A program made the translations under genes and the position numbers. Below, piece after piece: positions 16,748 through 26,118 of a stretch of 64,000 nt of DNA (the stretch's first letter is position 1; each line of letters begins with the position of its first letter). The notes under the pieces were generated by a model. That model had not been told where the DNA came from. It saw nothing but the letters and a program-made list of their open reading frames with translations, and did not search any database. The stretch lies in IMG/VR virus record IMGVR_UViG_651703056_000001, positions 50,769 to 114,768 of that record; one strand, written 5' to 3'. This DNA is from a virus. Lineage: Duplodnaviria; Caudoviricetes.

Positions 16748-17258
16748 TGATGAGTTTGAATTTAACTACCTGAAAACAATGTATGCAAGTGGATATAGTC
16801 TTGAAAACATTGACAAGTACCTATCAGATTCAGAATATACTGCACAGGATTTCATCAACGAACTAGTTTTACGTGAGGTTACAGTCAGCGAAACTAAAAA
16901 GACTGGTAAACGATTATCAGAAGACTTGAAGAAGTTAATTGCACAGCGTGATGGAAATGGAATCTCTCGTACAGAAATATTTAAAGAACTTAATCTTAAT
17001 TTTTTAACTGTTCGTAGAGCCTGTGAAAAATATGGCTCTGCAAACAAATATAATGGACGAGTGTCATATCGTGACATTTATGAGGTTGTTCCTTTTGCTA
17101 TCAAGCATGTAACAGATGGCATCACTTGTCCTATCTGTAGAGGACGTGCTAATAGCACAGAGGGTTCTCCCAATGTTTTCTTCTGTGTTAAATGCTTAGA
17201 GGAATATACTATTCGTCATAGAAAATTATATCGCACACGTTGGGAAAATATAGACTAA
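16737..17258 (+). CDS. Putative DNA-binding protein (HTH-like + C-terminal Zn ribbon)
   Basis: ISRTEIFKELNLNFLTVRR HTH-like segment; CPIC...CVKC; AAGGAGGT RBS; overlaps the protease stop. Confidence 0.6.
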   Translation: MTFSDEFEFNYLKTMYASGYSLENIDKYLSDSEYTAQDFINELVLREVTVSETKKTGKRLSEDLKKLIAQRDGNGISRTEIFKELNLNFLTVRRACEKYGSANKYNGRVSYRDIYEVVPFAIKHVTDGITCPICRGRANSTEGSPNVFFCVKCLEEYTIRHRKLYRTRWENID

Positions 17259-17298
17259 AAAAATCAAAAGAATAAAAAAGAACACAAGGAGAAATAAA

Positions 17299-17931
17299 AT
17301 GACATACCAATTGAAAGTAATTTACCCTAAACAAGAATCTATTGAATCAAATAAATTCACTGAACGTAGCCATAACGAGTTGATTGATGATGTATCTGCT
17401 GAGGACGCAATTAAGACTTATAAAGATTTGCTATTACAAGGATACTCTATCGCAACATCATTTACTCCACCAGAAATTGTGGAAGATGAAAATTTTGATG
17501 CATTTGTTGTAGCTAAAAATCTTGAATTGGCAGGATTACAATATACAGCAACCATCAAGCTCAAAAGTAAAACAGATTACGATGGTGCTAAAGAGATTAC
17601 TAGGGTTATTGAACAACAAGGGTTTGATTATTCAGTGACAGCTAAATTAAATATTAACGAAAATTCACCTGTAGACTTTGAAAAGGAAAGTACTTGGTTT
17701 GATTCTGAATACGCTTCATACTCTGTATTACCTAAAGCTAAAAGCTACGACATTATGGATTTAAAATCTCTATATGAAACACTATCAGATATGAATCTAA
17801 AAGTGTCAATCGGTCTTAAGATGCGTACTAAAAAAGACAACGATGAGGTTTTTGAACAGCAACTGGATTCTTATCCAGATGACACACTTATTATTTTAAA
17901 ACTAAAGGATGGAGATATATATGGTGAATAA
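17299..17931 (+). CDS. Hypothetical acidic protein
   Basis: 210-aa ORF with AAGGAG RBS. Confidence 0.65.
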   Translation: MTYQLKVIYPKQESIESNKFTERSHNELIDDVSAEDAIKTYKDLLLQGYSIATSFTPPEIVEDENFDAFVVAKNLELAGLQYTATIKLKSKTDYDGAKEITRVIEQQGFDYSVTAKLNINENSPVDFEKESTWFDSEYASYSVLPKAKSYDIMDLKSLYETLSDMNLKVSIGLKMRTKKDNDEVFEQQLDSYPDDTLIILKLKDGDIYGE

Positions 17932-18256
17932 AGTATATGCTGATGCCATATTATTAAAGTATGAACAAGGTGAATATGAAGACTATAAACTAGTAGTTTT
18001 TAATGTTTTAGATAAAAATTCAACACTACTAGAGATTACTGATGTTGCAAAGTTATTCTTAAAAGAGTATGTTCATAATGAAGATTACCTATCTTATACT
18101 GGAATGACGATATTTGCTGAACATTGGAAAAACGGAAAAATGGTAAAGAATATTAAAATAGGTAACGTTCACGATGATGACGATAGAGATGGTTTACCAG
18201 TTTGGAAATGCGATTGGGAAATTGATGAAACTGAATACTTTTATCCATATGGTTAA
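17921..18256 (+). CDS. Hypothetical protein
   Basis: GGAG RBS before ATG 17921; followed by a terminator. Confidence 0.6.
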   Translation: MVNKVYADAILLKYEQGEYEDYKLVVFNVLDKNSTLLEITDVAKLFLKEYVHNEDYLSYTGMTIFAEHWKNGKMVKNIKIGNVHDDDDRDGLPVWKCDWEIDETEYFYPYG

Positions 18257-18262
18257 TAAATT

Positions 18263-18311
18263 AAAATAGTTAGGGCTTAGTCTTGACTATTTTTTTGTTT
18301 TATGATATAAT
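18263..18311 (+). promoter_or_regulatory. Terminator hairpin overlapping the sigma70 promoter of dnaE
   Basis: aaaatagttaggg-cttag-tcttgactatttt; TTGACT(18283)-17-TATAAT(18306). Confidence 0.75.
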
Positions 18312-18352
18312 AGATATATAACAAAATATTTAAAAAATATAGGAGGAATTGA

Positions 18353-21300
18353 ATGACAGACTTAAATGCACTAACATATCAAAACATTCACTCACACAGT
18401 TTTTATTCAAATATTTCAACACATGACTCAGTTATCTCTCGTACAGATGTTGCAAAACGTGCTGTCGAGCTAGGACATACAACTTTATCATGTATTGAAC
18501 ATGGTTATATGGGGAATGTATTTGAAACTTATAGAATTGCCAAAGAATTTAATCTTAAACTAATCTTTGGAACAGAGTTCTATTATGTTAAAGACCGCTT
18601 CGAGAAAGACCGTACCAACTCTCACTTACTTGTTGTAGCTAAGAATGAGAATGGAAAAGAAGCTATCACAGGGCTTATTTCAGAATCATATCAAACTGGA
18701 TTCTATGGACGTAACCGTATTGACGAAGAATTATTATTCTCTCTTCCAAAAGACGATGTTATTGTAACAACTGCTTGTATTGCAAGCCCTATCAATCTCT
18801 ATGAAGGATATGCTGAGTATTTTATTCCAAAAGCTAAAGCTTACTTTGGTGATAACTTCTTTTTGGAAGTTCAACCACATTGGAATAAAAAACAGGCTGA
18901 CTTTAACGAGAAACTTATTGGATATCGTAAAAAATATAATGTTCCATTTATTCTTGGTGTAGATACTCATTACATCAAAGAAGAAGACTACAAAATGCGT
19001 GACATTTATCTTAAATCTCGTAAGATTGTTTATGATAAAGAAGAAGGATTCTTCATGGACTATCCTGAAACAAAAACAATCATTGAGAGATTTAAAAAAC
19101 AAAATGTTTTAAGTGATGAACAAATCATAGAAGCTTTTGATAACAGTCATGTTGTTGATAAGTTCGATGCTATTGTAATCAACGATGATATTAAGATGCC
19201 ATCTGTTTATCCAGATAAGACTGAGAAAGAAAAAGTTAAAATTTTAAAGAAACATATTAATAAGGCTTGGACTGAAGACCGCAAACATATTTCAAAAGAA
19301 CGCTGGGGTGAATATCTCGATGCTATCAAGTATGAAATGTCTATTGTTGAAAACACTCATATGACTGATTATTTCTTAATGAATGAAAAGATTATTCGTT
19401 TAGGTAAACAAAAATATGGTGGGGTCTTGACGAAGACAGGAAGAGGGTGTTTTGAAGAAACGGCTCTTGTTCAAACAAAAGATAGTCTTAAAAAGATATC
19501 AGAAGTAGAAGTTGGAGACAAGGTTATCAATCGCTTTGGAGAATGGGATAACGTAATTAATAAATTCACTTACGATATTGAAGAAGAAATGATTCAAATT
19601 GACCACTTAAATAGTGCTGGAAAATACAATCCTATCATTGCAACCTTTGACCACAAAATCCTTATCAAAGATGGTAATGGAACTAAATTTGTTCAAGCTA
19701 AAGATTTGACTAAAAATGACTATGTTGTGTTACCAAAACTTAAACATATTGTTGAAGAAACTTATCGTAAAGATTTTATTGACCTCAACGACTTTAACGA
19801 CTTTGGATTCGAATATGATGATAAGTTTATTTATGAGACATATGAAGGGGCAAATAATCGTAGATACAATAAAACCATTAACCGCTTCATTCCTAATGAC
19901 AAAGTACATAATATTTTTGTCGGATTAATGTATGGTGATGGCAATGTACACCGAAATGATGTAAGTCTATATGTCAATACCAAAACGCATAAAATTTATA
20001 AGAATAAAAATATTTTTAAACTTATCTCTGATAGGGTTGGAGTTTCAATGAAAGTCTACTCAGCTAAGAATAAGAACTTAGAACATCTAATTTCTACCTC
20101 TAAAATCTTTGCTTCATTCATTAAAAAAGAATACTTTACATCCAATAAAGATAGTTTTAAGAAATTTAATAAATCTCTCTTTAATCAGTCTAATGAAAAC
20201 TTGTCAGGGTTAAAAGAAGGTCTCATCCTTTCAGATGGCTCTGTTTCAGATGGTAGAATTTCATTTGATAACACCTCTAAAGACTTGATGTATTCCTATA
20301 AAAAATTAAATGATATTCTTCACGAGACTCCTGTATCTATGAGTGTTCGTCTTAAACATACAGACTCACGGGGTTATACTTCAAAAGAATCTTACAAAAT
20401 GAGAAAAAGAGATGATAATGTTTGCAAAACTGCTTCGAGAGTCTTAGAAGATGAAGAACATTTCTATCTGCCTATCACTAAACTAACTATCATTCCAAAA
20501 CGTAAGACAAAAGTTTATGATTTACAAGTAGAAAATGACCCTAGTTTTGTTATCTATAATATGGTTGTGCACAATTCAGCCCCTTCTTTCTACTTAAATA
20601 AACTACTTGATTTTACAGCAGTAGACCGTGTCAATTCGCCATTAAAATTATATCCTACTCGATTTATGTCTGAATCACGTATACTAGAGGCAAAAAGTTT
20701 ACCAGATGTGGATTTTAATACGGCTAATCCAGAACCTTTTATGAAAGCTCAAAAAGAGATTTTAGGTGAAGACAATGCTTATCAAATGATTGCTTATGGA
20801 ACAATGCAAGAAAAAGATGCTTTCAAAACATATTGTCGTGGGTTAGATATTCCGAAAAATGAATACTGGACAATTGCAGAAGACCTTGAACGTTGGGTTA
20901 AAACTGATAAGTGGAGAGATATTATTAAAGCTAGTCAGCAATTCATTGGAGTCGTAACTTCTTTCTCACCTCATCCATGTTCATCATTGTTGCTTTCAGA
21001 CCCTATCTCTCGCAAGATTGGTGTTATTAAAACAAAAGAAGGTGTCGACGTTGCTCTAATTGGTTCTTATGATTCTGATGTATATAAATATCTTAAAAAT
21101 GATTTATTAGTTGTTACGGTTTGGGATATTATTGCTAAAGTATGTAAAGAATTAAATATTGAAATTCCTGATGTACGTACTCTTACAAAACTAGTAGAGA
21201 ATAATGATAAAGTATGGGATTTGTATAAAGATGGAATGGTTGCAACTCTCAATCAAGCTGGAACACCATCTGGTAAACCTCAAGTGATGCAATATAAACC

Positions 21301-22642
21301 TCAAAGTGTTCGTGAATTAAGTATGTGGGTTGCAGGTATTCGCCCTTCATTTGCAAGTATGAAATCCTACTTCTTAAATAGACAACCTTTTAGCTATAAT
21401 ATTCCAGCTTTTGATGAACTTCTTAAAGACAGTGATAACTTCGTGCTCTTCCAAGAGTCAATTATGGCAACCTTACAATTTGCTGGATACGAAGAAGATG
21501 TTACCTACGGACTTCTCAAAGCTATTGCCAAGAAGAAAAAAGGTATTATTGAACCTATCCACGACAAATTTATTGAGGGATTCGTAGCTAAAACTGGTTC
21601 AGAAGAACAGGCTTTAAAAGTTTGGACTATCATTGAGAATGCCGTGAATTACGGATTTAATTCTAGCCATGCCTACTCTGTTGCGTTAGACTCTTTATAT
21701 GGTGCATGGCTCAAAGCTACTTACCCTCTTGTTTATTTTGCTGTAGTACTTAATGTATATAAGAACTCTAAAGATAAACAAGCTGAGTTAATCAATGAAT
21801 TAGAATATTTTGATATTTCTTTAAAAGGACTACAATTTGGTAAATCTAAATCTGATTATTCTTATGAAACAGAAACGAACACAATCTATAAAGGAATCTC
21901 TACAGTTGCATATTTGAATCAACAAGTCGCAGATAACCTCTATAATCTAGCAAAAGAAAGACATTATGAAAAAGATGATGTTATTCAACTCTTTCTTGAT
22001 ATCTTAGATGGTGCTCTTGCTGACAATCGACAAATGAATATTTTGATTAAACTTGGGTTCTTTAAAGAGTTTGGTGAAGAATCAATACTTCTTGAACTCT
22101 ACAATACTATGACTGGATATCAAACTAAAAAGCCTAATCCTATCTTTACGGATAATAAGAAGCTTGATGTTAAATATTCACGTACACACAAAGAAAAAAC
22201 TAAGCTTGTACGTATTGAGAATATCAAAGAATATTATGGTTTAATCTTGAAGAACGTTCATTTACTTCCTACGACCAATCTATTCGATAGACTTACAAGT
22301 GAAGTTGAGTACATGGGATATGCTGAAACTCTTGACCAAAGTCTTGGAAAAGATGTTTATGTTGTTATGGATATTAATACTAAGTATACACCAGTTTATA
22401 CTCTATATAATATGTATGATGGACATATCTCTGTTGCTAAGATTGACAAAAAGAAAGCCTATCGTGATACAAAATCAACTAAAGATGGAGAATTAATCAT
22501 CAAATTAGGAGACCAGATTGAAGTTATGGAATTTGCTCAAAGACCTAAGATGGCTTTAGTTGATGGCAAGTGGGAATCAAACTATGACCAAATGCAAGAC
22601 TACATCGAACACGTTCGAATGATTGAACGTTATAAAGATTAA
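18353..22642 (+). CDS. dnaE: DNA polymerase III alpha subunit (family C) with intein
   Basis: PHP domain (HSHSFYS, EHG, DTH), GRG[intein]SA, PDVDF, HPCS, IRP, FQE and YGFNSSHA. Confidence 0.94.
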   Translation: MTDLNALTYQNIHSHSFYSNISTHDSVISRTDVAKRAVELGHTTLSCIEHGYMGNVFETYRIAKEFNLKLIFGTEFYYVKDRFEKDRTNSHLLVVAKNENGKEAITGLISESYQTGFYGRNRIDEELLFSLPKDDVIVTTACIASPINLYEGYAEYFIPKAKAYFGDNFFLEVQPHWNKKQADFNEKLIGYRKKYNVPFILGVDTHYIKEEDYKMRDIYLKSRKIVYDKEEGFFMDYPETKTIIERFKKQNVLSDEQIIEAFDNSHVVDKFDAIVINDDIKMPSVYPDKTEKEKVKILKKHINKAWTEDRKHISKERWGEYLDAIKYEMSIVENTHMTDYFLMNEKIIRLGKQKYGGVLTKTGRGCFEETALVQTKDSLKKISEVEVGDKVINRFGEWDNVINKFTYDIEEEMIQIDHLNSAGKYNPIIATFDHKILIKDGNGTKFVQAKDLTKNDYVVLPKLKHIVEETYRKDFIDLNDFNDFGFEYDDKFIYETYEGANNRRYNKTINRFIPNDKVHNIFVGLMYGDGNVHRNDVSLYVNTKTHKIYKNKNIFKLISDRVGVSMKVYSAKNKNLEHLISTSKIFASFIKKEYFTSNKDSFKKFNKSLFNQSNENLSGLKEGLILSDGSVSDGRISFDNTSKDLMYSYKKLNDILHETPVSMSVRLKHTDSRGYTSKESYKMRKRDDNVCKTASRVLEDEEHFYLPITKLTIIPKRKTKVYDLQVENDPSFVIYNMVVHNSAPSFYLNKLLDFTAVDRVNSPLKLYPTRFMSESRILEAKSLPDVDFNTANPEPFMKAQKEILGEDNAYQMIAYGTMQEKDAFKTYCRGLDIPKNEYWTIAEDLERWVKTDKWRDIIKASQQFIGVVTSFSPHPCSSLLLSDPISRKIGVIKTKEGVDVALIGSYDSDVYKYLKNDLLVVTVWDIIAKVCKELNIEIPDVRTLTKLVENNDKVWDLYKDGMVATLNQAGTPSGKPQVMQYKPQSVRELSMWVAGIRPSFASMKSYFLNRQPFSYNIPAFDELLKDSDNFVLFQESIMATLQFAGYEEDVTYGLLKAIAKKKKGIIEPIHDKFIEGFVAKTGSEEQALKVWTIIENAVNYGFNSSHAYSVALDSLYGAWLKATYPLVYFAVVLNVYKNSKDKQAELINELEYFDISLKGLQFGKSKSDYSYETETNTIYKGISTVAYLNQQVADNLYNLAKERHYEKDDVIQLFLDILDGALADNRQMNILIKLGFFKEFGEESILLELYNTMTGYQTKKPNPIFTDNKKLDVKYSRTHKEKTKLVRIENIKEYYGLILKNVHLLPTTNLFDRLTSEVEYMGYAETLDQSLGKDVYVVMDINTKYTPVYTLYNMYDGHISVAKIDKKKAYRDTKSTKDGELIIKLGDQIEVMEFAQRPKMALVDGKWESNYDQMQDYIEHVRMIERYKD
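19448..20575 (+). mobile_element. Intein in DnaE (376 aa) with LAGLIDADG-type endonuclease domain
   Basis: Starts CFEETALV, has block B ATFDHKI and motifs VGLMYGDG and EGLILSDG, and ends VYDLQV...VVHN followed by Ser+1. Splicing restores GRGSA. Confidence 0.92.
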
Positions 22643-22652
22643 ATAGATTTGT

Positions 22653-22694
22653 AATACACCTATAATTGACTTTATGGGTGTATTTTGGTATAAT
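22653..22694 (+). promoter_or_regulatory. Terminator hairpin with -35 TTGACT as its loop; sigma70 promoter
   Basis: aatacacctataa-TTGACT-ttatgggtgtatt; TTGACT-17-TATAAT with TG. Confidence 0.75.
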
Positions 22695-22722
22695 TAATAT
22701 ATAGAAAACGTAAGGAGAAAAA

Positions 22723-22995
22723 ATGAAATTTGATATCAAAACAGCGGTAATTACAGGCGGGGCATTATTAACACTTGGAATGTTGCAAGGTTCAAGTATT
22801 GAGAATCCTAACAAAAACTTCACAAACGTTAACCGAGTGAAATTATTCCAGAATTATTACGGTTATGGTGAAATAGACAAGGGGTATACAGATTACACAA
22901 AAATGAATGACTTTATTAAGAAACATCCCCAAGGCTTCTTAACAGAATCAGCCAATAGATATAGAGTTAATTACACATATACCTATCACGAATAA
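22723..22995 (+). CDS. Small protein with N-terminal hydrophobic/signal segment
   Basis: AAGGAG RBS; hydrophobic N-terminus. Confidence 0.6.
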   Translation: MKFDIKTAVITGGALLTLGMLQGSSIENPNKNFTNVNRVKLFQNYYGYGEIDKGYTDYTKMNDFIKKHPQGFLTESANRYRVNYTYTYHE

Positions 22996-23007
22996 GGATA
23001 AAATAAC

Positions 23008-23340
23008 ATGAAAATTAATTTAAACAATGAAGACCTTATGCAAATGATGCTTGAGCCACGTGAATTTGTAGATGTCAGCTTTATCTTTATTAACGTTGTG
23101 ATGGAGGGGTTGTCACCAGAAGACTGGTATCTCACAGAAATTCCTTCTGAACGTGTTTATCTTTTTGAGAATACAAGTAGTGATAAATTCTTTGACATTT
23201 ATTTCTTAGATGATAATATTGTCCGTCCACAGTACTTTAAATCACCCGAGAACTGGGATGGTAAAGCAGAAACATATATCAATCTTCATGATGCAGAAAC
23301 AATCAAAGAAGCTATTGAAAAATACGAAATAGGAGAATAA
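23008..23340 (+). CDS. Hypothetical acidic protein
   Basis: RBS and operon context. Confidence 0.6.
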   Translation: MKINLNNEDLMQMMLEPREFVDVSFIFINVVMEGLSPEDWYLTEIPSERVYLFENTSSDKFFDIYFLDDNIVRPQYFKSPENWDGKAETYINLHDAETIKEAIEKYEIGE

Positions 23341-23342
23341 CC

Positions 23343-23639
23343 ATGAATAAAGAAATAGAATCACAACTAAAAAGAATCAAACCTGTTATTGAAAAGGTGG
23401 ATTCTTACACTCAAGAACAAATGATTGAATTTGCAAAATTTGTTTCTGGGTACACAGCAGAATATGTTTCACAAGAAATAGAAGAAGCTTGTTGGGAAAT
23501 GGAAGGTCATATGCTAGGAATATTTTATAGTGCTGAAAATGCAATTAAAGAATTATTTGAGGATGATGATGAAAAAGAATTTTCAGATAGCCACCCAAAA
23601 CTTACTCTCGAAGATTTTTTAGGAAAGGATGGAATATAG
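23343..23639 (+). CDS. Hypothetical acidic protein
   Basis: AGGAG RBS; operon context. Confidence 0.6.
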   Translation: MNKEIESQLKRIKPVIEKVDSYTQEQMIEFAKFVSGYTAEYVSQEIEEACWEMEGHMLGIFYSAENAIKELFEDDDEKEFSDSHPKLTLEDFLGKDGI

Positions 23640-23851
23640 TGACAGTAGATATTTTTACGAGTTATGAAGTACATTGCGATAGCTGTAATGGTGGAACACA
23701 ACCACTTAGAAGATATGACCGAACGGAAGTAGGAATAATTTCTAATAAACAGATGGCTATTAAATATTGGCAAAATCAAGGATGGATTTTTGGAAATGGA
23801 AGTTTTTGTCCAGATTGCTATAAGAGAATGGAAGGAGAGCTAAGTAAATGA
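23639..23851 (+). CDS. Small Zn-finger protein
   Basis: CDSC...CPDC; GTG start overlapping the upstream stop. Confidence 0.6.
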   Translation: MTVDIFTSYEVHCDSCNGGTQPLRRYDRTEVGIISNKQMAIKYWQNQGWIFGNGSFCPDCYKRMEGELSK

Positions 23852-23860
23852 AGACTAAAA

Positions 23861-24118
23861 ATGGAACTACTTGCTAATTATGATTTTAAGTCAGATATGG
23901 ATTGTTTCCGTCAAGGAGAAATATTTTATTATCCTTGTGATTATAGCAAATGTGATAATTACCTTAGAATATTGAATGGTAAAGAAGATGAACTTGCTTT
24001 TCGTATCTACGGTACAGAGGAATCATCTGGTTTATTTTATGATAATAGTTATTGTTCACAAGAATGCTTGTGTAATACTGTAAAAGCTGGTAAATCTATT
24101 GGCATCATGATTAATTAA
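23861..24118 (+). CDS. Small Cys-rich hypothetical protein
   Basis: CDYSKC...YCSQEC. Confidence 0.5.
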   Translation: MELLANYDFKSDMDCFRQGEIFYYPCDYSKCDNYLRILNGKEDELAFRIYGTEESSGLFYDNSYCSQECLCNTVKAGKSIGIMIN

Positions 24119-24136
24119 ATAAAACACACTTATCTC

Positions 24137-24165
24137 TTGACAATCATCTGTCATTATGATATAAT
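24137..24165 (+). promoter_or_regulatory. sigma70-type promoter
   Basis: TTGACA-17-TATAAT with TG. Confidence 0.8.
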
Positions 24166-24228
24166 ATATATATAGGTTAAAGCAATAGCCTAAATAACAA
24201 AACTTAATTCCAAAAGGAGAAAAACACT

Positions 24229-24474
24229 ATGGCTAAAACAAAATTCTACGCACTCTACAATGGTACTCGTAAAGAAAAACATTCAGGAACTGAACGTGTC
24301 TTCGATAAGAAGTCTGGGAAACGTGTTCAAAAACAAGTTGAACGTGAAGTCTCTGTTGGAACTTCTTACGTATTTGATTTGTTGTCTGAAACACGTATTG
24401 GTGCTCGTCAAGAAGCATTGGCAATTGCTCGTGAAGAAGGACTTAAATTTGCAGGTTTGCATTTGTATAAATAA
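24229..24474 (+). CDS. Small basic protein, monocistronic
   Basis: Own promoter, AAGGAG RBS and terminator; uses CGT/GGT/ACT-type codons typical of highly expressed genes. Confidence 0.7.
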   Translation: MAKTKFYALYNGTRKEKHSGTERVFDKKSGKRVQKQVEREVSVGTSYVFDLLSETRIGARQEALAIAREEGLKFAGLHLYK

Positions 24475-24475
24475 T

Positions 24476-24508
24476 AAAAAAGAGAGAAATTAATTCTCTC
24501 TTTTTTTT
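24476..24508. terminator. Bidirectional terminator at the convergence of the two gene arms
   Basis: aaaaaagagagaa-atta-attctctctttttt, flanked by A and T runs. Confidence 0.75.
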
Positions 24509-25170
24509 GCAATATTTTCAAGGTCTTTAAACATCTTATCAACGTCAAATTCTTTGGGAACTTTTGCCTCTTTAACGATTGTCTTTTTGGCAGTCGTTTT
24601 CTTTTTAGTTCCAGTTGCTTTCTTTTTAGTACCCTTTTTAGGCTTTTTAAGAGCTTCAATCTCTTTCTTGGTATAGGCTTTAGGCTTAGTCCATTCAAGT
24701 CCATTCTTGACGAGATAAGCGTATGCAACAGCCATTGCATCAGACTCATCATCAGAATTAAATGTGATATTTAAATGTTTGCTTAAAATATCTGCAACTT
24801 CTTCTTTACTTGCATTTCCTTTATATAGCGTTTCACGTATTGTTTTTGCTGGATAATAAATATTGTCAACCTCGGAAAATACTAGGTTGAATATCCCATG
24901 AACACGGAACACCACCTGAGTCGATTTATTGAATCGTGTGAATCCTCTTTCAATTACAGCGACACTGGGTGGATATTTTCTTGTAAGTTTGGTTAATTCT
25001 TCATAAATAAATCTTAATTTCTTTGGATTCCTCATTTCCTCTGGAAGATTCTTATAGTCTTTGATGTTGTCCGTTCTTATACCACCAACATGTACTATCT
25101 CTTTAGTGTCTTTGTCTATAATAACAATGCCAGAGTTCTTCAACGAAGGGTCTAGTCCATATATATACAT
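24490..25170 (-). CDS. ruvC: RuvC-like Holliday junction resolvase with Lys-rich C-terminal tail
   Basis: YGLDPSLKNSG, VIER, GNASKEEV and DDESDAMAVA. Confidence 0.85.
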   Translation of the reverse strand: MYIYGLDPSLKNSGIVIIDKDTKEIVHVGGIRTDNIKDYKNLPEEMRNPKKLRFIYEELTKLTRKYPPSVAVIERGFTRFNKSTQVVFRVHGIFNLVFSEVDNIYYPAKTIRETLYKGNASKEEVADILSKHLNITFNSDDESDAMAVAYAYLVKNGLEWTKPKAYTKKEIEALKKPKKGTKKKATGTKKKTTAKKTIVKEAKVPKEFDVDKMFKDLENIAKKREN

Positions 25171-25223
25171 AAATAACTCCTTAACTCAAAAAATGGTGAG
25201 TATTTCACCCACCACATTAAATC

Positions 25224-25631
25224 TTATTCTTTAATTTTATCTGAAACTTCTGATGCTACAACATTTTCTCTAATAGATGGAGCTTCTAATGTTACTGTCT
25301 CTGTCATACCTTGTTTGAAATTGGCAACAGATGCTTCAATCAACATATTTAATTCAGCGTCTGTGATTTTGATTCCTTTCTCAGATAGAATTTCAAGAGC
25401 TTTATTTTTAGCTTCGTTATATTTAGTTTTATTGTCAGCTTCATTAAACACTTGTTGAACATATTTTACAGCAAGGTCTACAATTGTTTTGTTTGCATCT
25501 AACTTAGCTTTGATTGCATATTTATCTGCAACTCGTTGTACTTGTATTCCTGCAATTTTTGCAAGATATCCAATAATAGCTACCAATAGAGCTAAGAGTA
25601 TAGGTGTGATTGCTTGTATTAATTCATTCAT
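25224..25631 (-). CDS. Holin (LL-H family-like)
   Basis: One N-terminal TM helix, AVKYVQQ, K..EA and IEASV pattern; located at the end of the tail module. Confidence 0.75.
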   Translation of the reverse strand: MNELIQAITPILLALLVAIIGYLAKIAGIQVQRVADKYAIKAKLDANKTIVDLAVKYVQQVFNEADNKTKYNEAKNKALEILSEKGIKITDAELNMLIEASVANFKQGMTETVTLEAPSIRENVVASEVSDKIKE

Positions 25632-25804
25632 TATTTATTTTCTCCTTTTGTTAAAATAATATTTCCGTCTTCATCACGGCTTTTATCGAGTTCTTTTATT
25701 CTAGCTTCTACTTGTTTTTTAAGAAATGCTGGAACACGAGCTGATGTAATCTTTCCCTCAAGAATATTGAGAGCATACAACGTGGTAATTGCTTCATAAG
25801 CCAT
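25631..25804 (-). CDS. Small 57-aa protein (CD1375-like), below the ORF-track cutoff
   Basis: MAYEAITTLYALNILEGKITSARVPAFLKKQVEARIKEL...; AGGAGG RBS; stop overlaps the holin ATG. Confidence 0.7.
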   Translation of the reverse strand: MAYEAITTLYALNILEGKITSARVPAFLKKQVEARIKELDKSRDEDGNIILTKGENK

Positions 25805-25809
25805 ATAGT

Positions 25810-26100
25810 CTATCCTCCTTTCACACTGATTAAGTCCATTAAATCAAACGTAGATTGTTCATTAACTTCAACACGATTTTGAAGTGTCTTAATGTCTTCC
25901 TTTTGTTTTTCAATAATACTATCTTTGTCTTCTTCCCAGAGACCTCGTTCATAACTATAACGTGGGAATAAAATATTTTCGCTAGGTGGTGTGCGGACAA
26001 GACCCTCCCCTAGAGGAAGTTTGTCATCCACTTGATATGTCTTGTAGAATTTTCCATCTACTTTTTCATTTAACGGTTGATAAATTGTAATTGTTGCCAT
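25810..26100 (-). CDS. Tail-fibre/RBP accessory protein
   Basis: Follows the RBP-like gene; T.PS....P.Y....WEED pattern plus coiled coil. Confidence 0.55.
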   Translation of the reverse strand: MATITIYQPLNEKVDGKFYKTYQVDDKLPLGEGLVRTPPSENILFPRYSYERGLWEEDKDSIIEKQKEDIKTLQNRVEVNEQSTFDLMDLISVKGG

Positions 26101-26118
26101 TTTTCCTCTTTTCTATTT

